Part shown: positions 24,130-37,280 of the stretch, piece after piece
Layout of the letters: every line of letters starts with the position of its first letter
How positions within the stretch are numbered: position 1 is the stretch's first letter
NCBI RefSeq assembly: GCF_009914755.1
Contig: NC_060943.1
Source: the human T2T-CHM13v2.0 reference genome, Homo sapiens
Length of the DNA: 64,000 nt
Strand: one strand, 5' to 3'
Position numbers and translations under genes: made by a program
The notes under the pieces: model-generated
Told to the model about the DNA's origin: nothing
Databases searched by the model: none
What the model saw: only the letters and a program-made list of their open reading frames with translations

Positions 24130-27100
24130 CAGACATCTTTGAGGCTTTCGTTGGAAACAGGATTTCTTCATATTCTGCTAGACAGAAGAATTCTCAGAAA
24201 CTTCGTTGTGTTGTGTGTTTTCAACTCACAGAGTTGAACGATCCTTTACACAGAGTAGACTTGAAACACTCTTTTTGTGGAATTTGCAAGTGGAGATTTC
24301 AGCCGCTTTGAGGTCAATGGTAGAAAAGGAAATATCTTCGTATAAAAACTAGACAGAATTATTCTGAGAAACTCCTTTGTGATGTGTGCGTTCAACTCAC
24401 AGAGTTTAACCTTTCTTTTCATAGAGCAGTTAGGAAACACTCTGTTTGTAAAGTCTGCAAGTGGATATTCAGACCTCCTTGAGGCCTTCGTTGGAAACGG
24501 GATTTCTTCATATTATGCTAGACAGAAGAATTCTCAGTAACTTCCTTGTGTTGTGTGTATTCAACTCACAGAGTTGAACGATCCTTTACACAGAGCAGAC
24601 TTGAAACACTCTTTTTGTGAAATTTGCAAGTGGAGATTTCAGCCGCTTTGAGTTCAATGGTAGAATAGGAAATATCTTCCTATAGAAACTAGACAGAATG
24701 ATTCTCAGAAACTCCTTTGTGATGTGTGCGTTCAACTCACAGAGTTTAACCTTTCTTTTCATAGAGCAGTTAGGAAACACTCTGTTTGTAAAGTCTGTAA
24801 GTGGATATTCAGACCTCCTTGAGGCCTTCGTTGGAAACGGGATTTCTTCCTATTATGCTAGACAGAAGAATTCTCAGTAACTTCCTTGTGTTGTGTGTAT
24901 TCAACTCACAGAGTTGAACCATCCTTTACACAGAGCAGACTTGAAACACTCTTTTTGTGGAAATTGCAAGTGGAGATTTCAGCCGCTTTGAGGTCAATGG
25001 TAGAAAAGGAAATATCTTCGTATAAAAACTAGACAGAATTATTCTGAGAAACTCCTTTGTGATGTGTGCGTTCAACTCACAGAGTTCAACCTTTCTTTTC
25101 ATAGAGCAGTTGGGAAACACTCTGTTTGTAAAGTCTGCAAGTGCATATTCAGACTTCTTTGAGGCCTTCGTTGGAAGCGGGATTTCTTCATATTCTGCTA
25201 GACAGAAGAATTCTCAGTAACTTCCTTGTGTTGTGTGTATTCAACTCACAGAGTTGAACAATCCTTTACACAGAGCAGAGTTGAAACACTCTTTTTGTGG
25301 AATTTGCAAGTGGAGATTTCAGCTGCTTTGAGGTCAATGGTAGAATAGGAAATATCTTCCTATAGAAACTAGACAGAATGATTCTCAGAAACTCCTTTGT
25401 GATGTGTGCGTTCAACTCACAGAGTTTAACCTTTCTTTTCATAGAGCAGTTAGGAAACACTCTGTTTGTAAAGTCTGCAAGTGGATATTCAGACATCCTT
25501 GAGGCTTTCGTTGGAAACGGGATTTCTTCATATTCTGCTAGAAAGAAGAATTCTCAGTAACTTCCTTGTGTTGTGTGTATTCAACTCACAGAGTTGAATG
25601 ATCCTTTACACAGAACAGTCTTGAAACACTCTTTTTGTGGAATTTGCAAGTGGAGATTTCAGCCGCTTTGAGGTCAATGGTAGAATAGGAAATATCTTCC
25701 TATAGAAACTAGACAGAATGATTCTCAGAAACTCCTTTGTGATGTGTGCGTTCAACTCACAGAGTTTAACCTTTCTTTTCATAGAGCAGTTAGGAAACAC
25801 TCTGTTTGTAAAGTCTGCAAGTGGATATTCAGACATCTTTGAGGCTTTCGTTGGAAACGGGATTTCTTCATATTCTGCTAGACAGAAGAATTCTCAGAAA
25901 CTTCGATGTGTTGTGTGTTTTCAAATCACAGAGTTCAACGATCCTTTACACAGAGTAGACTTGAAACACTCTTTTTGTGGAATTGGCAGGGTGGAGATTT
26001 CAGCCGCTTTGAGGTCAATGGTAGAAAAGGAAATATCTTCGTATAAAAACTAGACAGAGTGATTCTCAGAAACTCCTTTGTGATGTCTGCGTTCAACTCA
26101 CAGAGTTTAACCTTTCTTTTCATAGAGCAGTTAGGAAACACTCTGTTTGTAAAGTCTGCAAGTGGATATTCAGACCTCCTTGAGGCCTTCGTTGGAAACG
26201 GGATTTCTACATATTATGCTAGACAGAAGAATTCTCAGTAACTTCCTTGTGTTGTGTGTATTCAACTCACAGAGTTGAACGATCCTTTACACAGAGCAGA
26301 CTTGAAACACTCTTTTTGTGGAATTTGCAAGTGGAGATTTCAGCCTCTTTGAGGTCAATGGTAGAATAGGAAATATCTTCCTATAGAAACTAGACAGAAT
26401 GATTCTGAGAAACTCCTTTGTGATGTGTGCGTTCAACTCACAGAGTTTAACCTTTCTTTTCATAGAGCAGTTAGGAAACACTCTGTTTGTAAAGTCTGCA
26501 AGTGGATATTCAGACCTCCTTGAGGCCTTCGTTGGAAACGGGATTTCTTCCTATTATGCTAGACAGAAGAATTCTCAGTAACTTCCTTGTGTTGTGTGTA
26601 TTCAACTCACAGAGTTGAACGATCCTTTACACAGAGCAGACTTGAAACACTCTTTTTGTGGAATTTGCAAGTGGAGATTTCAGCCGCTTTGAGTTCAATG
26701 GTAGAATAGGAAATATCTTCCTATAGAAACTAGACAGAATGATTCTGAGAAACTCCTTTGTGATGTGTGCGTTCAACTCACAGAGTTCAACCTTTCTTTT
26801 CATAGAGCAGTTAGGAAACACTCTGTTTGTAAAGTCTGCAAGTGGATATTCAGACATCTTTGAGGCTTTCGTTGGAAACAGGATTTCTTCATATTCTGCT
26901 AGACAGAAGAATTCTCAGAAACTTCGTTGTGTTGTGTGTTTTCAACTCACAGAGTTGAACGATCCTTTACACAGAGTAGACTTGAAACACTCTTTTTGTG
27001 GAATTTGCAAGTGGAGATTTCAGCCGATTTGAGGTCAATGGTAGAAAAGGAAATATCTTCGTATAAAAACTAGACAGAATTATTCTGAGAAACTCCTTTG

Positions 27101-27740
27101 TGATGTGTGCGTTCAACTCACAGAGTTTAACCTTTCTTTTCATAGAGCAGTTAGGAAACACTCTGTTTGTAAAGTCTGCAAGTGGATATTCAGACCTCCT
27201 TGAGGCCTTCGTTGGAAACGGGATTTCTTCATATTATGCTAGACAGAAGAATTCTCAGTAACTTCCTTGTGTTGTGTGTATTCAACTCACAGAGTTGAAC
27301 GATCCTTTACACAGAGCAGACTTGAAACACTCTTTTTGTGAAATTTGCAAGTGGAGATTTCAGCCGCTTTGAGTTCAATGGTAGAATAGGAAATATCTTC
27401 CTATAGAAACTAGACAGAATGATTCTCAGAAACTCCTTTGTGATGTGTGCGTTCAACTCACAGAGTTTAACCTTTCTTTTCATAGACCAGTTAGGAAACA
27501 CTCTGTTTGTAAAGTCTGCAAGTGGATATTCAGACCTCCTTGAGGCCTTCGTTGGAAACGGGATTTCTTCCTATTATGCTAGACAGAAGAATTCTCAGTA
27601 ACTTCCTTGTGTTGTGTGTATTCAACTCACAGAGTTGAACCATCCTTTACACAGAGCAGACTTGAAACACTCTTTTTGTGGAAATTGCAAGTGGAGATTT
27701 CAGCCGCTTTGAGGTCAATGGTAGAAAAGGAAATATCTTC
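24130..27740 (+). repeat. Duplicated block ~24.13-25.02 kb / ~26.85-27.74 kb, offset 2721 bp (8 dimers)
   Basis: Shares the CAGG box (24146/26867), AATTATTCTGAG, GTGAAATTT with GAGTTC, GAACCATCC and GGAAATTGC. Confidence 0.8.
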
Positions 27741-30700
27741 GTATAAAAACTAGACAGAATGATTCTCAGAAACTCCTTTGTGATGTGTGCGTTCAACTCA
27801 CAGAGTTTAACCTTTCTTTTCATAGAGCAGTTAGGAAACACTCTGTTTGTAAAGTCTGCAAGTGGATATTCAGACCTCCTTGAGGCCTTCGTTGGAAACG
27901 GGATTTCTTCCTATTATGCTAGACAGAAGAAATCTCAGTAACTTCCTTGTGTTGTGTGTATTCAACTCACAGAGTTGAACGATCCTTTACACAGAGCAGA
28001 CTTGAAACACTCTTTTTGTGGAATTTGCAAGTGGAGATTTCAGCCGCTTTGAGTTCAATGGTAGAATAGGAAATATCTTCCTATAGAAACTAGACAGAAT
28101 GATTCTCAGAAACTCCTTTGTGATGTGTGCGTTCAACTCACAGAGTTCAACCTTTCTTTTCATAGAGCAGTTGGGAAACACTCTGTTTGTAAAGTCTGCA
28201 AGTGGATATTCAGACTTCTTTGAGGCCTTCGTTGGAAGCGGGATTTCTTCATATTCTGCTAGACAGAAGAATTCTCAGTAACTTCCTTGTGTTGTGTGTA
28301 TTCAACTCACAGAGTTGAACGATCCTTTACACAGAGCAGACTTGAAACACTCTTTTTGTGGAATTTGCAAGTGGAGATTTCAGCCGTTTTGAGGTCAATG
28401 GTAGAATAGGAAATATCTTCCTATAGAAACTAGACAGAATGATTCTCAGAAACTCCTTTGTGATGTGTGCGTTCAACTCACAGAGTTTAAGCTTTCTTTT
28501 CATAGAGCAGTTAGGAAACACTCTGTTTGTAAAGTCTGCAAGTGGATATTCACACATCCTTGAAGCTTTCGTTGGAAACGGGATTTCTTCATATTCTGCT
28601 AGAAAGAAGAATTCTCAGTAACTTCCTTCTGTTGTGTGTATTCAACTCACAGAGTTGAATGATCCTTTACACAGAACAGTCTTGAAACACTCTTTTTGTG
28701 GAATTTGCAAGGGGAGATTTCAGTCGCTTTGAGGTCAATGGTAGAATAGGAAATATCTTCCTATAGAAACTAGACAGAATGATTCTCAGAAACTCCTTTG
28801 TGATGTGTGCGTTCAACTCACAGAGTTTAACCTTTCTTTTCATAGAGCAGTTAGGAAACACTCTGTTTGTAAAGTCTGCAAGTGGATATTCAGACATCTT
28901 TGAGGCTTTCGTTGGAAACGGGATTTCTTCACATTCTGCTAGACAGAAGAATTCTCAGAAACTTCGTTGTGTTGTGTGTTTTCAACTCACAGAGTTCAAC
29001 GATCCTTTACACAGAGCAGACTTGAAACACTCTTTTTGTGGAATTTGCAAGTGGAGATTTCAGCCATTTTGAGGTCAACGTTAGAAAAGGAAATATCTTC
29101 GTATAAAAACTAGACAGAATGATTCTCAAAAACTCCTTTGTGATGTGTGCGTTCAACTCACAGAGTTCAACCTTTCTTTTCCTAGAGCAGTTGGGAAACA
29201 CTCTGTTTGTAAAGTCTGCAAGTGGATATTCAGACATCCTTGAGGCTTTCGTTGGAAACGGGATTTCTTCATATTCTGCTATACAGAAGAATTCTCAGAA
29301 ACTTCCTTGTGTTGTGTGTATTCAACTCACAGAGTTGAACGATCGTTTACACAGAGCAGACTTGAGACACTCTTTTTGTGGAATTTGTAAGTGGAGATTT
29401 CAGCCGCTTTGAGGTCAATGGTAGAAAAGGAAATATCTTCATATAAAAACTAGACAGAATGATTCTCAGAAACTCCTTTGTGATGTGTGCGTTCAACTCA
29501 CAGAGTTTAACCTTTCTTTTCATAGTGCAGTTAGGAAACACTCTGTTTGTAAAGTCTGCAAGTGGATATTCAGACCTCTTTGAGGCCTTCGTTGGAAACG
29601 GGATTTCTTCATATTATGCTAGACAGAAGAATTCTCAGTAACTTCCTTGTGTTGTGTGTATTCAACTCACAGAGTTGAACGATGCTTTACACAGAGCAGA
29701 CTTGAAACACTCTTTTTGTGGAATTTGCAAGTGGAGATTTCAGCCGCTTTGAGGTCAATGGTAGAAAAGGAAATATCTTCGTATAAAAACTAGACAGAAT
29801 GATTCTCAGAAACTCCTTTGTGATGTGTGCGTTCAACTCACAGAGTTTAACCTTTCTTTTCATAGAGCAGTTAGGAAACACTCTGTTTGTAAAGTCTGCA
29901 AGTGGATATTCAGACCTCCTTGAGACCTTCGTTGGACACGGGATTTCTTCATATTATGCTAGACAGAAGAATTCTCAGTAATTTCCTTGTGTTGTGTGTA
30001 TTCAACTCACAGAGTTGAACGATCCTTTACACAGTGCAGACTTGAAACACTCTTTTTGTGGAATTTGCAAGTGGAGATTTCAGCCGCTTTGAGGTCAATG
30101 GTAGAATAGGAAATATCTTCCTATAGAAACTAGACAGAATGATTCTCAGAAACTCCTTTGTGATGTGTGCGTTCAACTCACACAGTTTAACCTTTCTTTT
30201 CATAGAGCAGTTAGGAAACACTGTTTGTAAAGTCTGCAAGTGGATATTCAGACCTCCTTGAGGCCTTCGTTGGAAACGGGATTTCTTCATATTCTGCTAG
30301 ACAGAAGAATTCTCAGTAACTTCCTTGTGTTGTGTGTATTCAACTCACAGAGTTGAACGATCCTTTACACAGAGCAGACTTGAAACACTCTTTTTGTGGA
30401 ATTTGCAAGTGGAGACTTCAGCCGCTTTGAGGTCAATGGTAGAATAGGAAATATCTTCCTATAGAAACTAGACAGAATGATTCTGAGAAACTCCTTTGTG
30501 ATGTGTGCGTTCAACTCACAGAGTTTAACCTTTCTTTTCATAGAGCAGTTAGGAAACACTCTGTTTGTAAAGTCTGCAATTGGATATTCAGACCTCCTTG
30601 AGGCCTTCGTTGGAAACGGGATTTCTTCATATTATGCTAGACAGAAGAATTCTCAGTAACTTCCTTGTGTTGTGTGTATTCAACTCACAGAGTTGAACGA

Positions 30701-33700
30701 TCCTTTACACAGAGCAGACTTGAAACACTCTTTTAGTGGAATTTGCAAGTGGAGATTTCAGCCGCTTTGAGTTCAATGGTAGAATAGGAAATATCTTCCT
30801 ATAGAAACTAGACAGAATGATTCTCAGAAACTCCTTTGTGATGTGTGCGTTCAACTCACAGAGTTCAACCTTTCTTTTCATAGAGCAGTTGGGAAACACT
30901 CTTTTTGTAAAGTCTGCAAGTGGATATTCAGACTTCTTTGAGGCCTTCGTTGGAAGCGGGATTTCTTCATATTCTGCTAGACAGAAGAATTCTCAGTAAC
31001 TTCCTTGTGTTGTGTGTATCCAACTCACAGAGTTGAACGATCCTTTACACAGAGCAGACTTGAAACACTCTTTTTGTGGAATTTGCAAGTGGAGATTTCA
31101 GCCGCTTTGAGGTCAATGGTAGAATAGGAAATATCTTCCTATAGAAACTAGACGGAATGATTCTCAGAAACTCCTTTGTGATGTGTGCGTTCAACTCACA
31201 GAGTTTAACCTTTCTTTTCATAGAGCAGTTAGGAAACACTCTGTTTGTAAAGTCTGCAACTGGATATTCAGACATCCTTGAGGCTTTCGTTGGAAACGGG
31301 ATTTCTTCATATTCTGCTAGAAAGAAGAATTCTCAGTAACTTCCTTGTGTTGTGTGTATTCAACTCACAGAGTTGAACGATCCTTTACACAGAGCAGACT
31401 TGAAACACTCTTTTTGTGGAATTTGCAAGTGGAGATTTCAGCCGCTTTGAGGGCAATGGTAGAAAAGGAAATATCTTCGTATAAAAACTAGACAGAATGA
31501 TTCTCAGAAACTCCTTTGTGATGTCTGCGTTCAACTCACAGAGTTTAACCTTTCTTTTCATAGAGCAGTTAGGAAACACTCTGTTTGTAAAGTCTGCAAG
31601 TGGATATTCAGACATCTTTGAGGCCTTCGTTGGAATCGGGATTTCTTCATGTTCTGCTTGACAGAAGAATTCTGAGAAACTTCCTTGTGTTGTGTGTTTT
31701 CAACTCACAGAGTTGAACGATGCTTTACACAGAGTAGACTTGAAACACTCTTTTTGTGTAATTTGCAAGTGGAGATTTCAGCCGCTTTGTGGTCAATGGT
31801 AGAAAAGGAAATATCTTCGTATAAAAACTAGACAGAATGATTCTCAGAAACTCCTTTGTGATGTGTGCGTTCAACTCACACAGTTTAACCTTTCTTTTCA
31901 TAGAGCAGTTAGGAAACACTCTGTTTGTAAAGTCTGCAAGTGGATATTCAGACCTCCTTGAGGCCTTCGTTGGAAACGGGATTTCTTCATATTATGCTAG
32001 ACAGAAGAATTCTCAGTAACTTCCTTGTGTTGTGTGTATTCAACTCACAGAGTTGAACGATCCTTTACACAGAGCAGACTTGAAACACTCTTTTTGTGGA
32101 ATTTGCAAGTGGAGATTTCAGCCGCTTTGAGGTCAATGGTAGAATAGGAAATATCTTCCTATAGAAACTAGACAGAATGATTCTCAGAAACTCCTTTGTG
32201 ATGTGTGCGTTCAACTCACACAGTTTAACCTTTCTTTTCATAGAGCAGTTAGGAAACACTCTGTTTGTAAAGTCTGCAAGTGGATATTCAGACCTCCTTG
32301 AGGCATTCGTTGGAAACGGGATTTCTTCATATTATGCTAGACAGAAGAATTCTCAGTAACTTCCTTGTGTTGTGTGTATTCAACTCACAGAGTTGAACGA
32401 TCCTTTACACAGAGCCGACTTGAAACACTCTTTTTGTGGAATTTGCAAGTGGAGATTTCAGCCGCTTTGAGTTCAATGGTAGAATAGGAAATATCTTCCT
32501 ATAGAAACTAGATAGAATGATTCTCAGAAACTCCTTTGTGATGTGTGCGTTCAACTCACAGAGTTCAACCTTTCTTTTCATAGAGCAGTTGGGAAACACT
32601 CTGTAAAGTCTGCAAGTGGATATTCAGACTTCTTTGAGGCCTTCGTTGGAAGCGGGATTTCTTCATGTTCTGCTAGACAGAAGAATTCTCAGAAACTTCC
32701 TTGTGTTGTGTGTTTTCAACTCACAGAGTTGAACGATCCTTTACACAGAGCAGACTTGAAACCCTCCTTTTGTGGAATTTGCAAGTGGAGATTTCAGCCG
32801 CTTTGAGGTCAATGGTAGAATAGGAAATATCTTCCTATAGAAAGTAGACAGAATGATTCTGAGAAACTCCTTTGTGATGTGTGCGTTCAACTCACAGAGT
32901 TTAACCTTTCTTTTCATAGAGCAGTTAGGAAACACTCTGTTTGTAAAGTCTGCAAGTGGATATTCAGACCTCCTTGAGGCCTTCGTTGGAAACGAGATTT
33001 CTTCATATTATGCTAGACAGAAGAATTCTCAGTAACTTCCTTGTGTTGTGTGTATTCAACTCACAGAGTTGAACGATCCTTTACACAGAGCAGACTTGAA
33101 ACACTCTTTTTGTGGAATTTGCAAGTGGAGATTTCAGCCGCTTTGAGTTCAATGGTAGAATAGGAAATATCTTCCTATAGAAACTAGACAGAATGATTCT
33201 CAGAAACTCCTTTGTGATGTGTGCGTTCAACTCACAGAGTTCAAACTTTCTTTTCATAGAGCAGTTGGGAAACACTCTGTTTGTAAAGTCTGCAAGTGGA
33301 TATTCAGACTTCTTTGAGGCCTTCGTTGGAAGCGGGATTTCTTCATATTCTGCTAGACAGAAGAATTCTCAGTAACTTCCTTGTGTTGTGTGTATTCAAC
33401 TCACAGAGTTGGACGATCCTTTACACAGAGCAGACTTGAAACACTCTTTTTGTGGAATTTGCAAGTGGAGATTTCAGCCGCTTTGAGGTCAATGGTAGAA
33501 TAGGAAATATCTTCCTATAGAAACTAGACAGAATGATTCTCAGAAACTCCTTTGTGTTGGTGCGTTCAACTCACAGAGTTCAACCTTTCTTTTCATAGAG
33601 CAGTTGGGAAACACTCTGTTTGTAAAGTCTGCAAGTGGATATTCAGACTTCTTTGAGGCCTTCGTTGGAAGCGGGATTTCTTCATATTCTGCTAGACAGA

Positions 33701-33799
33701 AGAATTCTCAGTAACTTCCTTGTGTTGTGTGTATTCAACTCACAGAGTTGAACGATCCTTTACACAGAGCAGACTTGAAACACTCTTTTTGTGGAATTT

Positions 33800-36700
33800 G
33801 CAAGTGGAGATTTCAGCCGCTTTGAGTTCAATGGTAGAATAGGAAATATCTTCCTATAGAAACTAGACAGAATGATTCTCAGAAACTCCTTTGTGATGTG
33901 TGCGTTCAACTCACAGAGTTTAACCTTTCTTTTCATAGAGCAGTTAGGAAACACTCTGTTTGTAAAGTCTGCAAGTGGATATTCAGACATCCTTGAGGCT
34001 TTCGCTGGAAACGGGATTTCTTCATATTCTGCTAGAAAGAAGAATTCTCAGTAACTTCCTTGTGTTGTGTGTATTCAACTCACAGAGTTGAACGATCCTT
34101 TACACAGAGCAGACTTGAAACACTCTTTTTGTGGAATTTGCAAGTGGAGATTTCAGCCGCTTTGAGGTCAATGGTAGAATAGGAAATATCTTCCTATAGA
34201 AACTAGACAGAATGATTCTCAGAAACACCTTTGTGATGTGTGCGTTCAACTCACACAGTTTAACGTTTCTTTTCATAGAGCAGTTTGGAAACACTCTGTT
34301 TGTAAAGTCTGCAAGTGGATATTCAGACCTCCTTGAGGCCTTCGTTGGAAACGGGATTTCTTCATATTATGCTAGAAAGAAGAATTCTCAGTAACTTCCT
34401 TGTGTTGTGTGTATTCAACTCACAGAGTTGAACGATCCTTTACACAGAGCAGACTTGAAACCCTCTTTTTGTGGAATTTGCAAGTGGAGATTTCAGCCGC
34501 TATGAGTTCAATGGTAGAATAGGAAATACCTTCCTATAGAAACTAGACAGAATGATTCTCAGAAACTCCTTTGTGATGTGTGCGTTCAACTCACAGAGTT
34601 CAACCTTTCTTTTCATAGAGCAGTTGGGAAACACTCTGTTTGTAAAGTCTGCAAGTGGATATTCAGACTTCTTTGAGGCCTTCGTTGGAAGCGGGATTTC
34701 TTCATATTCTGCTAGACAGAAGAATTCTCAGTAACTTCCTTGTGTTGTGTGTATTCAACTCACAGAGTTGAACGATCCTTTACACAGAGCAGACTTGAAA
34801 CACTCTTTTTGTGGAATTTGCAAGTGGAGATTTCAGCCGCTTTGAGGTCAATGGTAGAATAGGAAATATCTTCCTATAGAAACTAGACAGAATGATTCTC
34901 AGAAACTCCTTTGTGATGTGTGCGTTCAACTCACAGAGTTTAACCTTTCTTTTCATAGAGCAGTTAGGAAACACTCTGTTTGTAAAGTCTGCAAGTGGAT
35001 ATTCAGACATCCTTGAGGCTTTCGTTGGAAACGGGATTTCTTCATATTCTGCTAGAAAGAAGAATTCTCAGTAAGTTCCTTGTGTTGTGTGTATTCAACT
35101 CACAGAGTTGAACGATCCTTTACACAGAGCAGACTTGAAACACTCTTTTTGTGGAATTTGCAAGTGGAGATTTCAGCCGCTTTGAGGTCAATGGTAGAAT
35201 AGGAAATATCTTCCTATAGAAACTAGACAGAATGATTCTCAGAAACTCCTTTGTGATGTGTGCGTTCAACTCACACAGTTTAACCTTTCTTTTCATAGAG
35301 CAGTTAGGAAACACTCTGTTTGTAAAGTCTGCAAGTGGATATTCAGACCTCCTTGAGGCATTCGTTGGAAACGGGATTTCTTCATATTCTGCTAGACAGA
35401 AGAATTCTCAGTAACTTCCTTGTGTTGTGTGTATTCAACTCACAGAGTTGAACGATCCTTTACACAGAGCAGACTTGAAACACTCTTTTTGTGGAATTTG
35501 CAAGTGGAGATTTCAGCCGCTTTGAGTTCAATGGTAGAATAGGAAATATCTTCCTATAGAAACTAGACAGAATGATTCTCAGAAACTCCTTTGTGATGTG
35601 TGCATTCAACTCACAGAGTTCAACCTTTCTTTTCATAGAGCAGTTGGGAAACACTCTGTTTGTAAAGTCTGCAAGTGGATATTCAGACTTCTTTGAGGCC
35701 TTCGTTGGAAGCGGGATTTCTTCATGTTCTGCTAGACAGAAGAATTCTCAGAAACTTCCTTGTGTTGTGTGTTTTCAACTCACAGAGTTGAACGATCCTT
35801 TTCACAGAGCAGACTTGAAACACTCCTTTTGTGGAATTTGCAAGTGGAGATTTCAGCCGCTTTGAGGTCAATGGTAGAATAGGAAATATCTTCCTATAGA
35901 AACTAGACAGAATGATTCTGAGAAACTCCTTTGTGATGTGTGCGTTCAACTCACAGAGTTTAACCTTTCTTTTCATAGAGCAATTAGGAAACACTCTGTT
36001 TGTAAAGTCTGCAAGTGGATATTCAGACCTCCTTGAGGCCTTCGTTGGAAACGGGATTTCTTCATATTATGCTAGACAGAAGAATTCTCAGTAACTTCCT
36101 TGTGTTGTGTGTATTCAACTCACAGAGTTGAACGATCCTTTACACAGAGCAGACTTGAAACACTCTTTTTGTGGAATTTGCAAGTGGAGATTTCAGCCGC
36201 TTTGAGTTCAATGGTAGAATAGGAAATATCTTCCTATGGAAACTAGACAGAATGATTCTCAGAAACTCCTTTGTGATGTGTGCGTTCAACTCACAGAGTT
36301 TAACCTTTCTTTTCATAGAGCAGTTAGGAAACACTCTGTTTGTAAAGTCTGCAAGTGGATATTCAGACATCCTTGAGGCTTTCGCTGGAAACGGGATTTC
36401 TTCATATTCTGCTAGAAAGAAGAATTCTCAGTAACTTCCTTGTGTTGTGTGTATTCAACTCACAGAGTTGAACGATCCTTTACACAGAGCAGACTTGAAA
36501 CACTCTTTTTGTGGAATTTGCAAGTGGAGATTTCAGCCGCTTTGAGGTCTATGGTAGAATAGGAAATATCTTCCTATAGAAACTAGACAGAATGATTCTC
36601 AGAAACACCTTTGTGATGTGTGCGTTCAACTCACACAGTTTAACATTTCTTTTCATAGAGCAGTTAGGAAACACTCTGTTTGTAAAGTCTGCAAGTGGAT

Positions 36701-37280
36701 ATTCAGACCTCCTTGAGGCCTTCGTTGGAAACGGGATTTCTTCATATTATGCTAGACAGAAGAATTCTCAGTAACTTCCTTGTGTTGTGTGTATTCAACT
36801 CACAGAGTTGAACGATCCTTTACACAGAGCAGACTTGAAACACTCTTTTTGTGGAATTTGCAAGTGGAGATTTCAGCCGCTATGAGTTCAATGGTAGAAT
36901 AGGAAATACCTTCCTATAGAAACTAGACAGAATGATTCTCAGAAACTCCTTTGTGATGTGTGCGTTCAACTCACAGAGTTCAACCTTTCTTTTCATAGAG
37001 CAGTTGGGAAACACTCTGTTTGTAAAGTCTGCAAGTGGATATTCAGACTTCTTTGAGGCCTTCGTTGGAAGCGGGATTTCTTCATATTCTGCTAGACAGA
37101 AGAATTCTCAGTAACTTCCTTGTGTTGTGTGTATTCAACTCACAGAGTTGAACGATCCTTTACACAGAGCAGACTTGAAACACTCTTTTTGTGGAATTTG
37201 CAAGTGGAGATTTCAGCCGCTTTGAGGTCAATGGTAGAATAGGAAATATCTTCCTATAGAAACTAGACAGAATGATTCTC
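33800..37280 (+). repeat. Duplicated block ~33.8-34.9 kb / ~36.2-37.3 kb, offset 2380 bp (7 dimers)
   Basis: TTCGCTGG (34001/36381), AGAAACACCT (34221/36601), TATGAGTTCA (34501/36881) and AAATACC are shared. Confidence 0.85.
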
